A stretch of 64,000 nt of DNA from Octopus sinensis. Lineage: Eukaryota. Under the pieces are notes generated by a model, which was not told the DNA's origin, did not search any database, and saw only the letters and a program-made list of their open reading frames with translations. The stretch lies in the NCBI RefSeq assembly GCF_006345805.1, contig NC_043001.1, forward strand, positions 28,272,001 to 28,336,000. The letters are read 5' to 3'. This document shows, one piece after another, positions 12,793 to 25,061 of this stretch (position 1 is its first letter; every line of letters begins with the position of its first letter). Position numbers and translations under genes: made by a program.

Positions 12793-14060
12793 AGTGGGAG
12801 CATCATAGTCATGTGCTGAGAGGAGTTCTTTGGGGTTTGGATATTTCATCTCAAGAAACACGAGTGTTCAAAATCCTTAAACAACCCTTATTCAGGGACC
12901 TTTTGAACGGGATGGCCCACTTGACCTGAATAAAATTTTAACTGGGCTCCACCTGCAAGGTTATCTGCTGTTAATTTTGGTATGAGATCACCATGTCGCG
13001 CACAGGTGGTTGTGATGCCTTTTAGTGACCTATATCAATTAATAAGTTATGTCGAATTTTTCAATATTTCCGTTACAACTCACGTGTGTGTGTACGTGCG
13101 TGTGTATACATCTTACTTGCTAAAATCTAAATAACGCTAGGAATAGGTGCGTTTACACTCATAAATTCAATAAATAAACACTACCTTATAATGGTCCGAA
13201 CACATTTGGAGATACGTGTTTATCTATGTCTATGCTATATTCAGGAGAGTGATGCAAAGAGGTGAACAAATTCTGTTTTTTGAAAGCGGATTCAGCAGAA
13301 ACCACGATACACGGAACTCCGCTACAGAACTTTTGAGCGTAGAAGAGTTTTACGAAAAGGTTCAAAGACTCTAAGATGAAAGAAATGTTTATATTCAACT
13401 AATAAAAGGGAATATAGATAGTAATTATTGATACTACTGAAGCAAAATCCCTGGGTAATACACACATACATACACACACACAATCGTACACACAATTTCA
13501 TTATGTAAAGACTTTGTGTAAAAGGTCTACGGATGTTACAAGTACGTAAAAAGTAATGTTCGTAGACTGATTTAATAAAAGTTGATGTGTTTTAGTTGTT
13601 TAACCCTGTATTATTTACTTGGGTCTTATGTTAACGGCCTTATAAGGAACGAACGCCAAAGTCCACCTTGGCATAAATGGCAATAACTCGGATAGACCAA
13701 CATAGTACAAAGTATTTTTGTGAATGAATAAATTATTTGTAAACTACGTGGTTTAGTGGTTAGGGTATTCGGCTCACGATCGAAAGATCGTCAGTTCGAT
13801 TCCTGGCAGCACGCTGCGTCCTTGAGCAACACACTTTATTTTACGCTGCTCCAGTCTACTAAGCTGGCAAAAGCGAGTTGCACTTGTATTTAAAAATGCC
13901 AGCCTTGTTACATCCTGAGTCACATTGAATGTCCCTGCAAACTACCTTAATGTTACGCACATCTGTGGAGTACTCAGCCACTTACACTTTAATTTCACGA
14001 GCAGGCTGTTCTGTTGATTGGATCAGCCGGAATCCTTGTCTCGTAACTGATGGAGTGTCT

Positions 14061-14091
<31 letters not shown>

Positions 14092-14099
14092 TATATATA

Positions 14100-14287
14100 C
14101 AGGGAGAGTTTACGAAAAAACCAAAAGACGAAGACAGGTGGTGTACAAAACAAACAGATGTTTTCGTATAACGCTCAGGATAGAAAACGTCTTTTACGTT
14201 TCGAGCCTATGCTCTTCTACAGAAAGGGACACAGAAAAAAACAAGGAGAGAAACAAGGAGAGAAAAAGATATGTGTAGTGGCTAACA

Positions 14288-14288
<1 letters not shown>
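14100..14288 (-). mobile_element. Penelope-like element terminal fragment flanked by (TA)n (decayed relative at about 29735-29900)
   Basis: ctttctgtagaagagcataggctcgaaacgt motif typical of PLE ends; (TA)n on both sides. Confidence 0.65.
14191..14226 (-). ncRNA. Putative minimal type I hammerhead ribozyme with variant core CUGUAGA
   Basis: cttt-CUGUAGA-a-gagc/auag/gcuc-GAAAC-GUA-aaag: stem I 4 bp, stem II 4 bp, palindromic ACGU in place of stem III. Confidence 0.5.
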
Positions 14289-14348
<60 letters not shown>

Positions 14349-15094
14349 TACAGCTGCGAAAGCTGAAAGTAAAATAGAACAGAACCGAACACAGGATACG
14401 AAACACTAACCGTGCAATTAGTATAGCAGTGTGATGTACAATATCATAATTCATAGAATATGGTGCATTATTTCTAAAGTTTTGTATTGTGCACACAACC
14501 GCCATCCCTACCATTATCGCAACCACCACCATCACCACCAATATCACCGCTAACGTTATCATTTGTAGTACCATCGCTATCGCCTCCGATATTACTATCA
14601 GTTTTAATGTTCTTAATAAAAGACATGAAGAATTAAAGGTTTGCGAATTTCAAGAGAATACCGAAGGAAATAGAGTTCCATAGGTCTGGGAATACTAGTC
14701 TTTTTTTTTTTTGGTTTGTTTTTCTTTCTGCTCAAATCTCTGAAATATTTCAGTATTTTTCTTTCTAATGTTCTTCACTTTACTCCAATATGCATGATTC
14801 GATTTTTCTTTGGGCAATACAAGTTAAAGAAAAAGAAATGGTATTGGAAGAATGGCATCAAATAAAAGGATTAATTAAAAATACGGAAAAGTCAGCATGA
14901 GTTGTTACAACAACAACAACAACAGTAACAACAGCTGCAGCAGCAACAGCGGTAATAGCACCAAGAACATCATCAACATCGTCAACAGAAACAACAGCAA
15001 AGACCGTGGACCTAACTGAAATAATCAACAATAGCACTAGATTATTGTCATATGAAAGAGCTTTTATTAACCATAAATATATTCATAATCCTTT

Positions 15095-15725
15095 CTGTTA
15101 TAAGCACAAGGCCTGAAATTTTGAGGGAGGGGCTAGTATATTACATCCACCCCATTGTTCAATTCGTACTCATTTCATCGATCCCAGAAAAAAATAAAAG
15201 GCAAAATCAACCTCAGTAGAATTTGAACTCACAACGTAAAGACCGATGAAATGCCACTAAGTAGTTTTCCCGGCGTGCTAATGATTCTGCCAGCTCACCA
15301 CCTTAATAATAATAATAATGCTTTTTACTATGCTTAGCGGTATTTCGTCTGTCTTTACGTTCTGAGTTTAAATTACGCCGGGGTGGACTTTGCCTTTCAT
15401 CCTTTCGGGATCGATAAATTAAATACCAGTTGCGTACTGGGGTCGATCTAATCGACTGGACCCCTCCCCCCAAATTTCGGGCCTTGTGCCTAGAGTAGTA
15501 AATAATAATGCTTTTTACTATAGGCAGAAGAACTGAAAATTTGGGGGGAGGGGTTAGTTGATTACATCGATCCCAGTGCTCAACTGACACATTTCCCTCG
15601 GCCCCGGGGGGACGAAAGGCAAAATCAACCTCAGCGGAATTTGAAATCAGAACGTAAAGACGGATGAAATGCTGCTAAGCATTTTGTCAGGTATGCTAAC
15701 GATTCTTCCATCTTGCCGCCTTAAA
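15095..15725. mobile_element. Three SINE B-variant copies in minus / plus / minus orientation
   Basis: Plus copy 15332-15500 has a perfect 21-bp TSD aataataatgctttttactat (15311-15331 and 15501-15521); minus copies lie on each side. Confidence 0.88.
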
Positions 15726-16429
15726 TATAATGATAACATTCATAAATATCCTTAATTTAGGTAGAAGGCCAGCACTTTTTGAGGTGGGAGAGAGATTTAG
15801 CCAATGACATCGACACCAGCGCCTAAAAAGTACTGTATTTCATAACGCCCCGGAGGGCTAAAAGCTGAAGTTGACCACGGCAAGATCAGAATGCACAGCA
15901 ATTTATCCAAACCCCCTAATGATTCTGATAATGATTCTGGGGAAGTTAAATATCTTTTTTATTTTTATTCTGCTATCAGTAACACCAAGTTTTTTGTTGG
16001 GATTTTTAAGTGGAACGAACGAAAATTTTATAGCATCTTTTGGATCTGTTTTTGGCAAGTAGAAAGGAGATCGGCTTCAGTTTGGAATATGGGATGGCTT
16101 GAGGGCTGAAGACCTTCAATGCAACAATGAATGAAATTATTGGAGGAAATAGGCATTGAGTTTTAATTGTAGATGAAACAAAGTGGGTAATGCACAAAAG
16201 AGGTTCGAAGTGAAGCACATGCAATGGCAGAAGTAGCAGACATGAAACTGGCGGAAGTTTGAATAGTATGATGACATAAAGTGACATAGAACGCAGAGGT
16301 ATGGTATGCGGATATGTGTCAGGTAGTTGCGATGTGGTATTGGTAGGTCAAACACCTAGGCGCAGAGACATAGTTTCTTTTTGTGTATATGTTTGTGCAT
16401 GTGAGTATGCGTGCGTGCATGTGTGTGTA

Positions 16430-16471
<42 letters not shown>

Positions 16472-16819
16472 CGTGCGTGTAAATGTCTGTGCGCGCATGT
16501 GTAATGATGTTGCCTCCTTTTCCATTCTTTGAATGTTCGTATCGCAGAGATTTTATCAATTGACTTATATGCTTCTTTGATATGCTATCTGATGAACTTA
16601 CGAAATATCACGACTGAGGAAAATAGTCAACATTAACAATAGGTTTACTCTACCAGGCAGAGGTACTCAATACCTATCTTTATACCCTTAGTAATTTTAT
16701 CTTCATTATTATATATTTGTCTTGATTACCAAGGCTCATAAACCTAGTTACACGGTTACCATAGTGTATAAGAGATAGACATTACAACATCTGCAAGGGA
16801 CACCTGCTATTGTAGGATT

Positions 16820-17015
16820 CAAAAACCAGCATTTTTCTGAGCATGGGGGACAAGTCGATTACATCGACCCCACTAGTTGACTGGGACTTTATTGCTTTGA
16901 TCTCGAAGGAATAAAAAACAAAGTCGACCTTTGTATTTTAAATCAGAACTTAAAGAGCCGAAATAAATACCGTTAAGTATTTTGTCCGACGTACTAACGA
17001 TTCTGCCAGCTAAAC
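16820..17015 (-). mobile_element. Degraded SINE B variant
   Basis: gtcgattacatcgacccc ... ctaacgattctgccagc motifs. Confidence 0.7.
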
Positions 17016-17584
17016 GTCTAGTTCTTTTATTACCAAACATAAATTCAGGGTCATTAAGGATGAACAACACCCTTAAACAGGGTGTCATTATATGTTACTT
17101 CGGACTCACTGGTGGTTAAAGAATGTATTCCTGGTGCAGCTTGCATGCAATGTTAAAAATATACCCTAATTTAAAGTTTAAAATTTTAAGTTTTTAATTT
17201 AAATATTATATAATAAAAATATTATATAATAAAGCCTTAAATTCTGTGTAGTTTTTACTTTATGGAGTACCTAGATATTCCTTTCGACGTGCCGCCTAAG
17301 ACCACTGGTCTAAAATACCCAACCCAATGAATATCCAATTATCATCATATGTAAGGTCTTTGTCTTAGTATCTACAATTGTCTTAGCCACGTTATGCTTT
17401 TGTTTTGTATTATATACCGTATTTGATGGCATTTAAATTTTTTCCTTTTTTTATTTAATAAGGATGTCTCATAAAATCACCCTGAATCCTGTCTGAGAAG
17501 TAACCCCACCTCCTATATACTTTAATGCTCAAAAATGCTCTTTCCTGAATTTGTGCTACTGAAATTGAAATGCATTTAATATAC

Positions 17585-18007
17585 CTATTTCTTTACTACC
17601 CACAAGGGGCTAAACACAGAGAGGACAAACAAGGACAGACACACGGATTAATTCGATTACATCGATCCCAGTGCGTAACTGGTACTTAATTTATCGATCC
17701 CGAAAGGATGAAAGGCAAAGTCGACCTCGGCGGATTTTGAACTCAGAACGTAACGGCAGACGAAATACCTATTTCTATTTCTTTATTACCCACAAGGGGC
17801 TAAACACAGAGGGGACAAACAAGGACAAACATAGGTATTAAGTCGATTACATCTACCCCAGTGCGTAACTGGTACTTAATTTATCGACCCCGAAAGGATG
17901 AAAGGCAAAGCCGACCTCGGCGGATTTTGAACTCACAACGTAACGGCAGACGAAATACCGCTAAGCATTTCACTCGGCGTGCTAACGTTTCTGCCAGCTC
18001 GCCGCCT
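17585..18007 (-). mobile_element. SINE family B dimer with TSD
   Basis: TSD tgcat(t/c)taatatacc; internal junction cagacgaaatac|ctatttc. Confidence 0.9.
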
Positions 18008-18952
18008 TTGCATCTAATATACCAGTACGTCTTTTATGCCAACAATATGGCGTATATTATAATTTTAATGTCGCCGTTTCTGACAGACTGGAAATCAGAA
18101 AGAACGAGAAGGAAAATATCGGATTTGAAACAAGAAGTCAGATTACTGCAACGTCCACAAGACATTTTTTATATTTCGTTTTTTCATTTTCTATTAAAAC
18201 CAACGTAAGTTCGGATTCTTGTTATTAGCAGTTTTGATGTCAATGACGTCGTCTTGGCTATCGTCGTTGTTGCTGTTGTGCTTGTTATTATTGTCAATCA
18301 CGATCTGATCCCCAGCAGGAGTAAAACACCTTCAGCATTTGCAATGCTATCCTAATTTAACTACATCTTTTAGTTGTTGCGTATGCTCATTCTAATTGAT
18401 GTTTGATAGCCATACCCTTTTCCCACCGTGTTCTCTGCTTATACATATATATATATATATACACATTCACAGACACACACACACTACACACAAACACACA
18501 CAAATATATATATATTCCCATCAGTTGGTTAAGCACTGACAAGCATCAAATCTAAAGTAAACGGCAGTAGTATCTTCATTATCAATATTCAGAGCTGAAA
18601 CTACGCTTCCAGCAAAATATATTGCATGTAGAGTTTCTTTAAAAAACCGCCCAATGATTATCATTATAAATATATATACGTATGTATATATGTATTTGTG
18701 TATGTATGTATGTATGTATGTATGTATGTATGTATGTATGTATGTATGTATGTATATTGTGTATGAGCAGGGTGAGTGAAGGATTATATATTACATATAT
18801 CATTTAAAATCTAAGTATATACTTATAAAAAATATATTTATCTCGAACGCTCCGCTGGATATCTGCATTTTTTTAATCTAGATTGTATATTTGCATATAC
18901 ATACATTGATATATATATGTATATATATGCATACATACATGCCAGCATGATA

Positions 18953-18995
<43 letters not shown>

Positions 18996-19070
18996 ATAAT
19001 ATAATTACATGCACATGAAAATACACTTGCACATACATACACATACTCATGTATTCTACACACACATATG

Positions 19071-19104
<34 letters not shown>

Positions 19105-21417
19105 TAAACACTAAGAAGAGAGCTAGAAAACGTAAGCTAAGAAGATGTGTTTGCAGCAAATTAGCTATTGTCAGAGAAACTCTTTAAAGAAACATAAACA
19201 CGGAAAAGAGAAAGAAGAAAAAAGGAAAACGGGAAAGAAATCCATGGTTAGCGTCCACTGACAAATGATTCCAGAAATATATTAGAAGAAAATGGCGGCG
19301 TTGTATTTATCTACGACTACTTGGTATGCATAACGACACGTGTATGTTCCACATTTCATTTCGAGTATTTTTCCAGCTTATTTATCTTTATGTATTCGAT
19401 GCATATTTAAACCTTTGCAAATCTAAAGATGCTTTCCTCGATGAATTTCGTTTATACTCATAGGATTTTTTTCCTCAAATTACTTCTCCCAAGTTCAAAG
19501 CTTGACAAAATCGACTTATAACGTTCGTCCGCTATTTCCACTATTTTGTTGTTTTTTTTTTTTTTTCAACAGAAGATGAAATAAATAATTTCTGTTACCA
19601 GAAATATTCTAGGAGACATAAATGGAATTTATTTTCTTCGGAGCTGTTTGATGTTACCGCTTTCAGATCTTCGTTATATATTTTCAAATAATTTTCATAT
19701 GAAATGCAATTGCAAATAATAGCTTCGGTAGATCTTTGATGTGCTAAGAGAAATCCAGAGAATTAACCCATTGTTCTCTGTAGCTCAGATACACTACTAA
19801 TAGGGAGAATTAATTGGAAGCTTCTTAGTTTAACGTGAAAGAACAAGAGAAGGACATTTAACCGGCTGTGTGGAAGGATTAACGCAAATAGAAATTGATA
19901 TTTGCTCGAAATCTCATTCTATATATGCTTGCATCTCTTCTAGGTACATCTGTTCATGTAGCTGTTTATTTTGTGTATTGTTGTGTTTTAGAGTTCTATT
20001 TCGACAGAGGTATTCGCAATAGAATGATTTGGCCAGTCGTTTAGGAGCAATAGTAACTCGAGATAAATGGACAACAAAATGAAAGTCTAAGGCCTGGTTT
20101 CATCATAATTATTGTACACGATTTTGTGGAAAGTAAAACGAGAAGAAAAGCAGCACTATTTCAACAATATTTGCGTAGAATCTAGAATCTAGAATCAAGA
20201 GAACCAATAATTTATTAAATGTAAGCAGGCGTAAAACAGGGAATGTTTATGTTCTGTTTAAAATGAATGCAATATCTACTAGAAACAGTAGGATGTGCCG
20301 TAAATCTTAAAGCATACTAGCCAATGTATATGGTCACTGTTCAGCTTTAATCGGTCGTCAAGATATACAATAAATAGCAGCCAAATCATCCTCAAATTAC
20401 TTACAATATTCTAAAAAGGAAAGATACATAAGATGATCTAGTTTCATATAAACAATGATAACAATAGAGAATTAATAGTTATTTATACGAAAATGATTCG
20501 AAGGTTTACTTTTTCCATTTAAGCGTAATTTTCGTCCGCTTAATTTACGGTAAAAGTTTTACAATTCATCTGAGAGTTTTGAGTAAGCCCGACCACTATA
20601 TATAGTTTGAGTAAGCCCGACCACTATATAAGTGAAATCGAGCTAAAATATTCTCTTTTCTCTACCCACTTGACATGCGTGAAATGAACCAAAATACTGG
20701 GCCCAACGACGGGAATTTTTGATTAGATATTTTGCTTTGTTTGCAATAAAATTGCGTTCTTCCCCGCACCCAGCATATTGAAATATAAGAGGTTTAATAC
20801 GACATTACAAAATTATATAAAGTCAAATCACAATTTAAAAACATGTTCGAGCGAGAATAGTAACACCAAACTATTGTTTAGCCGGTATGATAGTAGACGT
20901 AGTTTTAAAACTCAACCAAAAGAGAGAGGGGGTGGAGAGAAGATGATGGAAGGATGAAAAAATGACCTGCGCATTAAAGAGTTTAATGTTTTGTAGTGCT
21001 TTGCCTTTTCTAACGAGAGCCGTGATACACGAACCATCCGTGATTGTCTCTGACCATCACTTACTCCGAACGTTTTAAGTGAAATATTGCTTGAAATACG
21101 CACAGATATGCTTGGAACCGAATGCCATACCTTTGTCCTGATCCGTCAAAAATCACGTCGTGCCTCTACCACCTGCGTGTCCATGGAACGCTTTTCGTTC
21201 CACCTTCTTGCAGCACACGAACACGAGCTAGATCCCATGCACTATAACGAACCACCATTATCAATAGTGGTTCGTAAAAGTATTTCTATGGAAAAATTTA
21301 AAATCCATAGACTACCTTTAATTTTCGTATTGGTAGTTATTCTCATTCTTACTACTTTACATTTCTTAGTATTTCAACTTGCAAGGGTGTTGGGTTGGAA
21401 GAATAGGCAGAATAGAC

Positions 21418-21652
21418 CGGCGGCGAGCTGGCAGAAACGTTAGCACGCCGGGCGAAACGCTTAGCGGTATTTCATCTGCCGCTACGTTCTGAGTTCAAAT
21501 TCCGCCGAGGTCGACTTTGCCTTTCATCGTTTCGGAGTCGATTAAATAAGTACCAGTTACGCACTGGGGTCGTTATGATCGACTTTATCCCTTTGTCTGT
21601 CCTTGTTTGTCCCCTCTCTGTTTAGCCCCTTGTGGGCAATAAAGAAATAAGA
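21418..21652 (+). mobile_element. SINE family B monomer with TSD
   Basis: Head ggcggcgagctggcagaaacgttagc; TSD aagaatag(g/a)cagaata. Confidence 0.9.
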
Positions 21653-22619
21653 ATAGACAGAATACCGGAATAAATATTTCATGGTGTGTCTAGATTCTGT
21701 TCTTTAAACTAAGATCAAATCTGACCGAAATCCATTTAGCCTCACGCCCACCGAGTTTGGTAAAACAGATTAACAGTGACGTACTGGAGCTAATTTAATC
21801 GAATACACTCCAACACCAATCTATTCAAATGTAAAAATCAAAATTTTATCTAGTCAGGAACTGAAGAACCGTTAGAACATTGGATTAAAGCTTTGCGGTA
21901 TTTAGCAGTACCGCTTTACGTCCCGAGTTCTGTGCAGGCGAAATTTACTTTTTATCTTTCGGAAGAATATAAAATAGAGTTCTAGATAATAATTAAAATG
22001 TTTAATCGCTTGTTCCTCTACCTTTAAATATTTGGTATTTTTCCTTTATTAGAAGTAAAATTTCATCTTGTAATAAAGACGAAGCATTTGCACAAAACCA
22101 CAGTCTTGTTTCGAAATTTACGTATTTTCGCGATCCTGGTTTAATGAATGACTCTAATATTATTACTTGAACACAGACAAGAGAAATAATCGACATCTAT
22201 GGATATCGAAATCACAAGTTATAACTTATCGCCACAAACCTTTTCTCTCGTTCTAGTGATTATGCCACACTTCATCATGTTTGACTACAAATAATTAACA
22301 ATGTTTTACATTTACAGAATGTCAGGAATTGAAGTTGGGAAGGAGTTAATCAAGACCGCTTCTTGAATGATACTGCTTTTAGTGATTTTCGAGGGATTAA
22401 AGACAAAGTCAACCCAGCAAAATTTGACTATCAAGTACAAAGGGAAGTAGCAAATATCCTCCCAAGGAATCATTTTTCTCCGCTACCAATTGTGTCTTTT
22501 CTTCATCACCGTCGTAATAATATACAGATATGTGACATTTTTTGTATGAATTTTATACAAGAGCCAATCCTTTATTATTTATCGTTGCTGTTGTTATTTT
22601 TGTTGCTGCTGCTTGTTTG

Positions 22620-22985
22620 TTTGTTGAGCGAAGCGGTCTTCGTCCTCTTGGGAGAAGTCCGAAACGTGGTCCTTTGCTATTCGTAAGACCTGCAGAAGAG
22701 AAAGCAGGTCAATCCCCGACACCGAGAGCATCGACGGATGGATGAATGTGCATCCAGGCTCAACGGTTGCGTAGGAAGTCGGGAACAAGAAACAGGAAGA
22801 AAGTGTGGGAGAAAGTTGGAGCGAAAGAGTACAACAGGGATCGCCACCACCCCCTGCCGGAGACTCGTGGATCTTTAGGTGTTTTCGCTCAATAAACACA
22901 CACAACGCCCGGTCTGGGAATCGAAACCGCGATCCTCCGACCGCGAATCCGCTGCCCTAACCACTGGGCCATTGCGCCTCCACTT
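22620..22985 (-). mobile_element. tRNA SINE family D, tail type 1
   Basis: Head ggaggcgcaatggcccagtggttagggcagcgg...gtttcgattcccagaccggg plus central ttgagcgaaaacacctaaag, shared with 53520-53895 and 58820-59125. Confidence 0.85.
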
Positions 22986-23739
22986 GCTGCTGCTGCTGTT
23001 CTTCTTGTTGTTAGTTCAACCAAAATTATTGCTACAATTATTCCTTGATGTTACCGAGACAGAACTTTGCTTCAATTTAATTGCTGCCATTTTTTTTTTA
23101 TATAATATTTATTTATTTATCTATTTATTTCAATTCATTTTTGTTTTTCATTCTCTTCCTATGATCATTATTGTTTTAACTGCATCATTCCAAATTTAAA
23201 TGCGATTTTCCAATACAAATGGCTAGAATAAGGCGAATGAACGAGAGTAGTAAACAGAAACTATGGTAACCGATATAGTTATCGTTGCTCGGATGAAATA
23301 GCCAAGATAAAGGCAAAAGAAAGATCCAGAAATTTTTATCTTTTCTCCTATTCTGAGTCTATAAAAAAAACTCCAATGATGCCAATTAAGTACAATAGGA
23401 AATACGAATACGTTTCCAAACCTGTGCATACCGTCAACATAAACACACAAGTACGTACGTATACACATTCATATACTCACAATATGCACCACACTTACAA
23501 GACATAATATGCACATGATCATGCATTCGCTGGTATTTCTCATTCTCTCTCTTTGGCTCACACCCTACGGTCTTTCAGTCTCGTTCTTCTCTCTCTGTAA
23601 ATATGTGTCTGTGTGTGTTGTATTTATGTGTGTGAGTGTGTGCTTCAATGTATGCGTATTTGTAAGCATATATGTGGACACACATACACATATGAGTTCG
23701 TGTTTATGTGTCTGTGCGCAAAGATTTTTGCTCCCACGT

Positions 23740-24135
23740 CTGTGTGTGTGCGTGCGTGTGCGTGTAAGTGCGTGCGTGCGTGTGTGCGTGTGCGTGTAAG
23801 TGCGTGCGTGCGTGCGTGTGCGTGTAAGTGTGTGCGTGCGTGTAAGTGTAAGTGCGTGCGTGTAAGTGTAAGTGCGTGCGTGTGTGTGTAAGTGCGTGCG
23901 TGCGTGCGTGCGTGTGCGTGTAAGTGCGTGCGTGTGCGTGTAAGTGCGTGCGTGTGCGTGTAAGTGCGTGCTTGCGTGTATGTGTAAGTGCGTGCGTGTG
24001 CGTTTAAGTGCGTGCGTGCGTGTGGTGTAAGTGCGTGCGTGCGTGTGGTGTAAGTGCGTGCGTGTGGTGTAAGTGCGTGCGTGCGTGCGTGTGGTGTAAG
24101 TGCGTGCTTGCGTGTGCATGTAAGTGCGTGCGTGT
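23740..24135. repeat. (GC/GT)n-derived minisatellite with about 17 GTAAGT motifs
   Basis: Variable units of tgtaagtgcgtgc(gtgc)n. Confidence 0.95.
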
Positions 24136-24594
24136 ATAAGCACACACACACACACACACACAATGAAAGAAAAAGAATAAATAGAAAGAGAACTTTATTA
24201 TGTGAGCGAGAGACAGACAGAGAGACAGTGAGAAAGAGGGAGATGGGCAGAAAGCAGACAGACACAGCACCGGGAACACATCGCAGTTAAGTTTATAACG
24301 ATATAAAGAGGAGATAAAAAAAATCTGCATTGTTGGAAGTTCACTGACTTCACAACATCGGAGATCACCATCTGCTGTTACCCTGTTGCTATAGGCTTAT
24401 TTACACCCACCGACTCTCTTTTAATGTTTCGGTTGTTTACCCCTATTCATTTACACTCGGATCTACTGATATTAATATTATTAATATTACTATTATTATT
24501 TTTGTTGTTGCCGTCGTCGTCGCCATTGTTGTTGTCGTCATAGTAGTCGTCCTTGTTGTTCTTGATGACGATGATGATGATGTTTTGTTATTAT

Positions 24595-24775
24595 TGCTAA
24601 AGCAGTGAGCTGGCAGAGTCGTTAGCACACTGTGTGAACAACTTAGCCGCTACGTTCTGAGTTCGAATTCTACCGACGTCAACTTTGCCTTTCATCCTTT
24701 CTAGGTCGGTAAATTAAGTGCCAGTAATCCACTAGTCCCCTCCCCACAAATTTCAGGCCTTGTGCTTCCAGTAGA
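24595..24775 (+). mobile_element. SINE B variant (similar copy at 26420-26570)
   Basis: gagctggcagagtcgttagcac...ttctgagttcgaattc...gcctttcatcc. Confidence 0.75.
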
Positions 24776-25061
24776 AATTATTATTATTATTATTATTATT
24801 ATTATTGAATGAGAGAGCAGTACACCTCATTAAAATGAGACTGGGATACAAATATACGAAGCCCAGTATACCCATCATGGCTACTCATCTGATATGGGTA
24901 CACCTGGCACATGTTTCACAGCCATTTGTGCGTGATATGGCGATCTCATATCAAGATAAACGACGCATGAGCTTGCAGGTGGGGCCCAGTTAGAATTTTC
25001 TTCAGGTCGAGTAGCCCATCCTGCTCAAATGATCGCTGAATAAGGGTTGTTTAAAGATTCC

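Noticed and set aside
21200-21275. Short hairpins (ggaacg/cgttcc; acgaaccac/gtggttcgt) considered as miRNA or SECIS
   Set aside because: Stems are too short for a pre-miRNA and SECIS core motifs are absent
23565-24330. Long ORFs of 100-240 aa here and at 28830-29376, 30555-32485, 51659-52774, 60959-61610
   Set aside because: Translations of (CA)n, (TA)n and (ATAC)n microsatellites; no coding signature
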